NCBI GenBank assembly: GCA_046757165.1
Contig: JBHHXT010000043.1
Span: 1 to 29,723 of the forward strand
Direction: 5' to 3'
DNA: 29,723 nucleotides
DNA from: a bacterium
Lineage (GTDB): Bacteria > Zhuqueibacterota > Zhuqueibacteria > Oceanimicrobiales > Oceanimicrobiaceae
Below are positions 27,026 through 29,723 of this stretch, piece after piece; the first letter of the stretch is position 1, and each line of letters starts with the position of its first letter. Below the pieces are notes generated by a model that worked only from the letters and a program-made list of their open reading frames with translations, was not told the DNA's origin and did not search any database. The position numbers and the translations under genes are program-made.

Positions 27026-28927
27026 TTGTCCCATGTCATCATCGGCACGGCCGGCCATATCGACCACGGCAAGACGGCCCTGGTGCAAACCCTCACCGGC
27101 GTTGACACTGACCGCCTCAAGGAGGAGAAGGAGCGCGGCCTGACTATCGACCTGGGGTTTGCGCATTTTGGCGACAACGCCACGATTATCGATGTGCCGG
27201 GTCACGAAAAATTCGTCCGCAACATGGTGGCCGGCGTCAGTACCATCGACCTGGTCCTGTTCGTGATTGCGGCCGATGACGGCGTCATGCCGCAGACGCG
27301 CGAGCATCTTGATATTCTCCAAATCCTGCAGGTCAAACATGGTTTCGTGGTCATCACCAAGATGGACCTGGTTGATGAAGAGTGGTTGGCGCTCATCGAG
27401 GACGATGTTCGCAGCCTGGTCAGCGACACATTTCTGCATGACGCCCCGATTTTCCGCGTCTCATCCGTCTCGAAGGCCGGCATCCCGCAGCTCCAGAAAA
27501 GCCTGATTGAATTCATTACGGCGCTCGAACGACAGCAGGACAAAGGTGTCTTCTGGATGCCCATCGATCGCGCGTTCACCATGAAGGGATTTGGAACTGT
27601 CGTGACCGGCTCGGTGCTCTCCGGGAGCGTGCAGGAGGGGGAAACGGTAGAGCTGTTGCCGGGGAAGCACCAGACCCGGATTCGCGGCCTGCAACGCCAC
27701 GGCAAACCGGTTGCCGCGGTTGCCGCCGGAGACCGGGCCGCCATCAACTTGCAAGCCATCGAAAAAGCTCGGGTGATGCGTGGCCATGTCGTGGCCGCGC
27801 CCAATTATTTTACCGCCTCGCGCCGGTTTGATGCCCGACTGCACCTTTTGAAGTCGGCGCCGAGAGCGCTTACCCCGCGCACCCGGGTTCGACTCCACAT
27901 CGGAACCAACGAAGTGATGGCGCGCATCTCAATTCTCAAGGAGCCGAGAGTCGAGCCGGGTCAGGCAGCGTTTGTGCAGCTCCACCTGGAACAGCCGGCG
28001 ACCGTGCGCAGGCTGGACCCGTTTGTCATCCGGCAGTACTCGCCTTCGATGACCATCGGCGGCGGCCTCATTCTCAACGCTGACGCGCCGCGGCGCAAAC
28101 TCTCTGATCCGGGCGCCCTGGCTGAGCTTCAGGCCCTGGAAAAGGAAGACCCGGCTGAAGTGTTGGAATCCATCTTGCTGGCCGCCGGGCATGCTCTGCG
28201 GACGGTGGACCATCTGTCGTCTGAAATAGCGACTCCCGTCGAAACGATCAAGCAGATCATCCACCGCTGGCAATCTGAAGGCAAAGTGGTTGCCCTCAAA
28301 AAGGCCGGCAAGCTGGCGGTCGTTCACCAGGTCACTTACAATCGCCTACAGCAGCATTGTCTGGATGCGATTGCAGCCTTTCATGCGCGCCATCCGATGA
28401 AGCTCGGCTTGCCGAAGGCCGAGCTCGGACGTCTGATCCGGCCCAGGGTTGATCGTGAACTGCTGGATTTTCTGCTCGATCGCCTGAAACAAGATGGACG
28501 CCTGCGCGAAAGCGAAGGGCTGGTCAGCCTGGCGGGGCATGAAGTGACCCTTCCCGCCGAGCTGCAGAACCTGCGTGACAAGCTCGAAAGAGGACTCTAT
28601 GAAGCGGGCTTTACCACGCCGTCAGAAGAGGAAATGGCCCGCGAGTTCTCGGTGCCCCTGGTCCGGGTGCGTGAACTACTGGGCGCTTTGACGGGTCTGG
28701 GTGAAGTCGTGCGTGTGGATGACAGTGTCTATTTCCATCCAAAACGCGTCGAGCAAGCGCGCGAAACGCTGCTCGATTTCCTGCGCCGCCACGAAAAGAT
28801 CACTATCAGCCAGTTCAAGGATCTGCTTGGCGGCGCCAGCCGAAAGTATGCCATGCCGCTGATCAATTATTTTGATCGTCTTGGAATAACGGTCCGAGAG
28901 GGAGATGTTCGGGTGTTAGGGTCGTAG
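27026..28927 (+). CDS. selB: Selenocysteine-specific translation elongation factor
   Basis: [37 protein letters not shown]-terminal winged-helix [22 protein letters not shown] before TTG 27026. Confidence 0.96.
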   Translation: MSHVIIGTAGHIDHGKTALVQTLTGVDTDRLKEEKERGLTIDLGFAHFGDNATIIDVPGHEKFVRNMVAGVSTIDLVLFVIAADDGVMPQTREHLDILQILQVKHGFVVITKMDLVDEEWLALIEDDVRSLVSDTFLHDAPIFRVSSVSKAGIPQLQKSLIEFITALERQQDKGVFWMPIDRAFTMKGFGTVVTGSVLSGSVQEGETVELLPGKHQTRIRGLQRHGKPVAAVAAGDRAAINLQAIEKARVMRGHVVAAPNYFTASRRFDARLHLLKSAPRALTPRTRVRLHIGTNEVMARISILKEPRVEPGQAAFVQLHLEQPATVRRLDPFVIRQYSPSMTIGGGLILNADAPRRKLSDPGALAELQALEKEDPAEVLESILLAAGHALRTVDHLSSEIATPVETIKQIIHRWQSEGKVVALKKAGKLAVVHQVTYNRLQQHCLDAIAAFHARHPMKLGLPKAELGRLIRPRVDRELLDFLLDRLKQDGRLRESEGLVSLAGHEVTLPAELQNLRDKLERGLYEAGFTTPSEEEMAREFSVPLVRVRELLGALTGLGEVVRVDDSVYFHPKRVEQARETLLDFLRRHEKITISQFKDLLGGASRKYAMPLINYFDRLGITVREGDVRVLGS

Positions 28928-28979
28928 GACGTATTTCCATGGCTCTTATTAGACATCATAACTAACACGAAAAGACCCC

Positions 28980-29693
28980 ATGAACCATACCAACGAAGAA
29001 ATATTTCGTCTCACGCACACCGTTGCCTGCGCTGGCTGAGCATCAAAACTGAGCCCAACGGAGTTGCGGCAAGTGTTGAGCAAGCTCCCTGAAATCAGCC
29101 ATCCGGATTTACTGGTGGGGGTCAACACTGTGGATGATGCCGGCGTCTTTCGATTGAGCGATGATTTGGCGCTCGTACAAACGGTGGACTTCTTTACGCC
29201 CATTGTGGACGATCCCTATACCTACGGGGCGATAGCGGTGGCGAACTCGCTATCGGACGTGTATGCCATGGGCGGCGAGACGGTCACGGCGCTCAACATC
29301 GTCTGTTACCCCAGGACTGCGGTCGGGCCGGAGATCCTCGCGGACATCTTGCGCGGCGGCCACGACAAGGCGGCAGAGGCCGGCTGCCTCATCGTGGGCG
29401 GCCACTCGGTGGAGGATAAGGAGATGAAATATGGCCTGGCGGTCACCGGCAAGATCCATCCCGACAGGATTCTGACAAACGCAAACGCCCAGCCTGGTGA
29501 CGCCCTGATTCTGACCAAGCCCCTGGGAACAGGGATTCTCACGACGGCCTTCAAACTCGGCACCATATCGGAGGAGCAGTACCGGCAAGTCACGGAATCA
29601 ATGATGGCCTTGAACAAAACTGCCGCAAACCTGGCCGTGGAATATGGTGCACACGCCTGTACCGATATCACGGGCATAACCTGCGCGAGGTGA
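28980..29693 (+). CDS. selD: Selenide, water dikinase (selenophosphate synthetase) with in-frame UGA (Sec); frame lost after TDITG
   Basis: ATG 28980 is in frame with ORF 29064: RLTHTVACAG-TGA(29037-29039)-ASKL; DDAGVF, QTVDFFTP, NSLSDVYAMGG, GGHS, LTKPLGTG, TDITG. Confidence 0.93.
29053..29070 (+). promoter_or_regulatory. Candidate bacterial SECIS hairpin
   Basis: GCC-CAAC-GGA-GTTG-C-GGC stem-loop starting 13 nt after the UGA, with G in the apical loop. Confidence 0.45.
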
Positions 29694-29723
29694 CGAAGCC
29701 ACTGAAGGTGCGGTTAGAAAATA

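Noticed and set aside
29064..29693. SelD starting at TTG 29064
   Set aside because: Would lack the catalytic Cys/Sec-Lys motif, which lies upstream across the UGA
26913..29723. tRNA-Sec (selC) near selB/selD
   Set aside because: No cloverleaf with a UCA anticodon is visible in the short intergenic gaps

Overview
Bacterial chromosomal segment with GC-rich coding regions and a Gram-negative-type envelope; the taxon cannot be fixed from sequence alone. Left to right: (1) a cluster of exported proteins behind a candidate sigma-54 promoter, apparently devoted to protease inhibition (emfourin-like + BsuPI-like fusion lipoprotein, DUF6174-like lipoprotein, outer-membrane beta-barrel, DUF2330-like protein with a C-terminal anchor, serpin lipoprotein), then a patch of gene fragments; (2) a metal-uptake operon with two tandem DtxR/MntR-family genes (one membrane-anchored with two FeoA domains) and a FeoB in two ORFs; (3) a molybdenum-hydroxylase locus: split XdhC, MocA-like cytidylyltransferase, form II coxS-coxL-coxM, and coxD/coxE, interrupted by YkgJ-type and Uma2 genes; (4) AI-2E transporter, class I FBP aldolase, a TetR + ECF sigma pair, and an unknown membrane protein; (5) selB and a selD with an in-frame UGA (CAGU, selenocysteine) that loses its frame near the window end. 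Many intergenic gaps hold inverted arrays of 7-10-nt tandem units or REP-like multi-hairpins. Two sit exactly at gene-fission points (feoB, xdhC), and one inverted pair brackets a 2.6-kb three-gene block. Family assignments come from motif recognition by eye; no database search was run.
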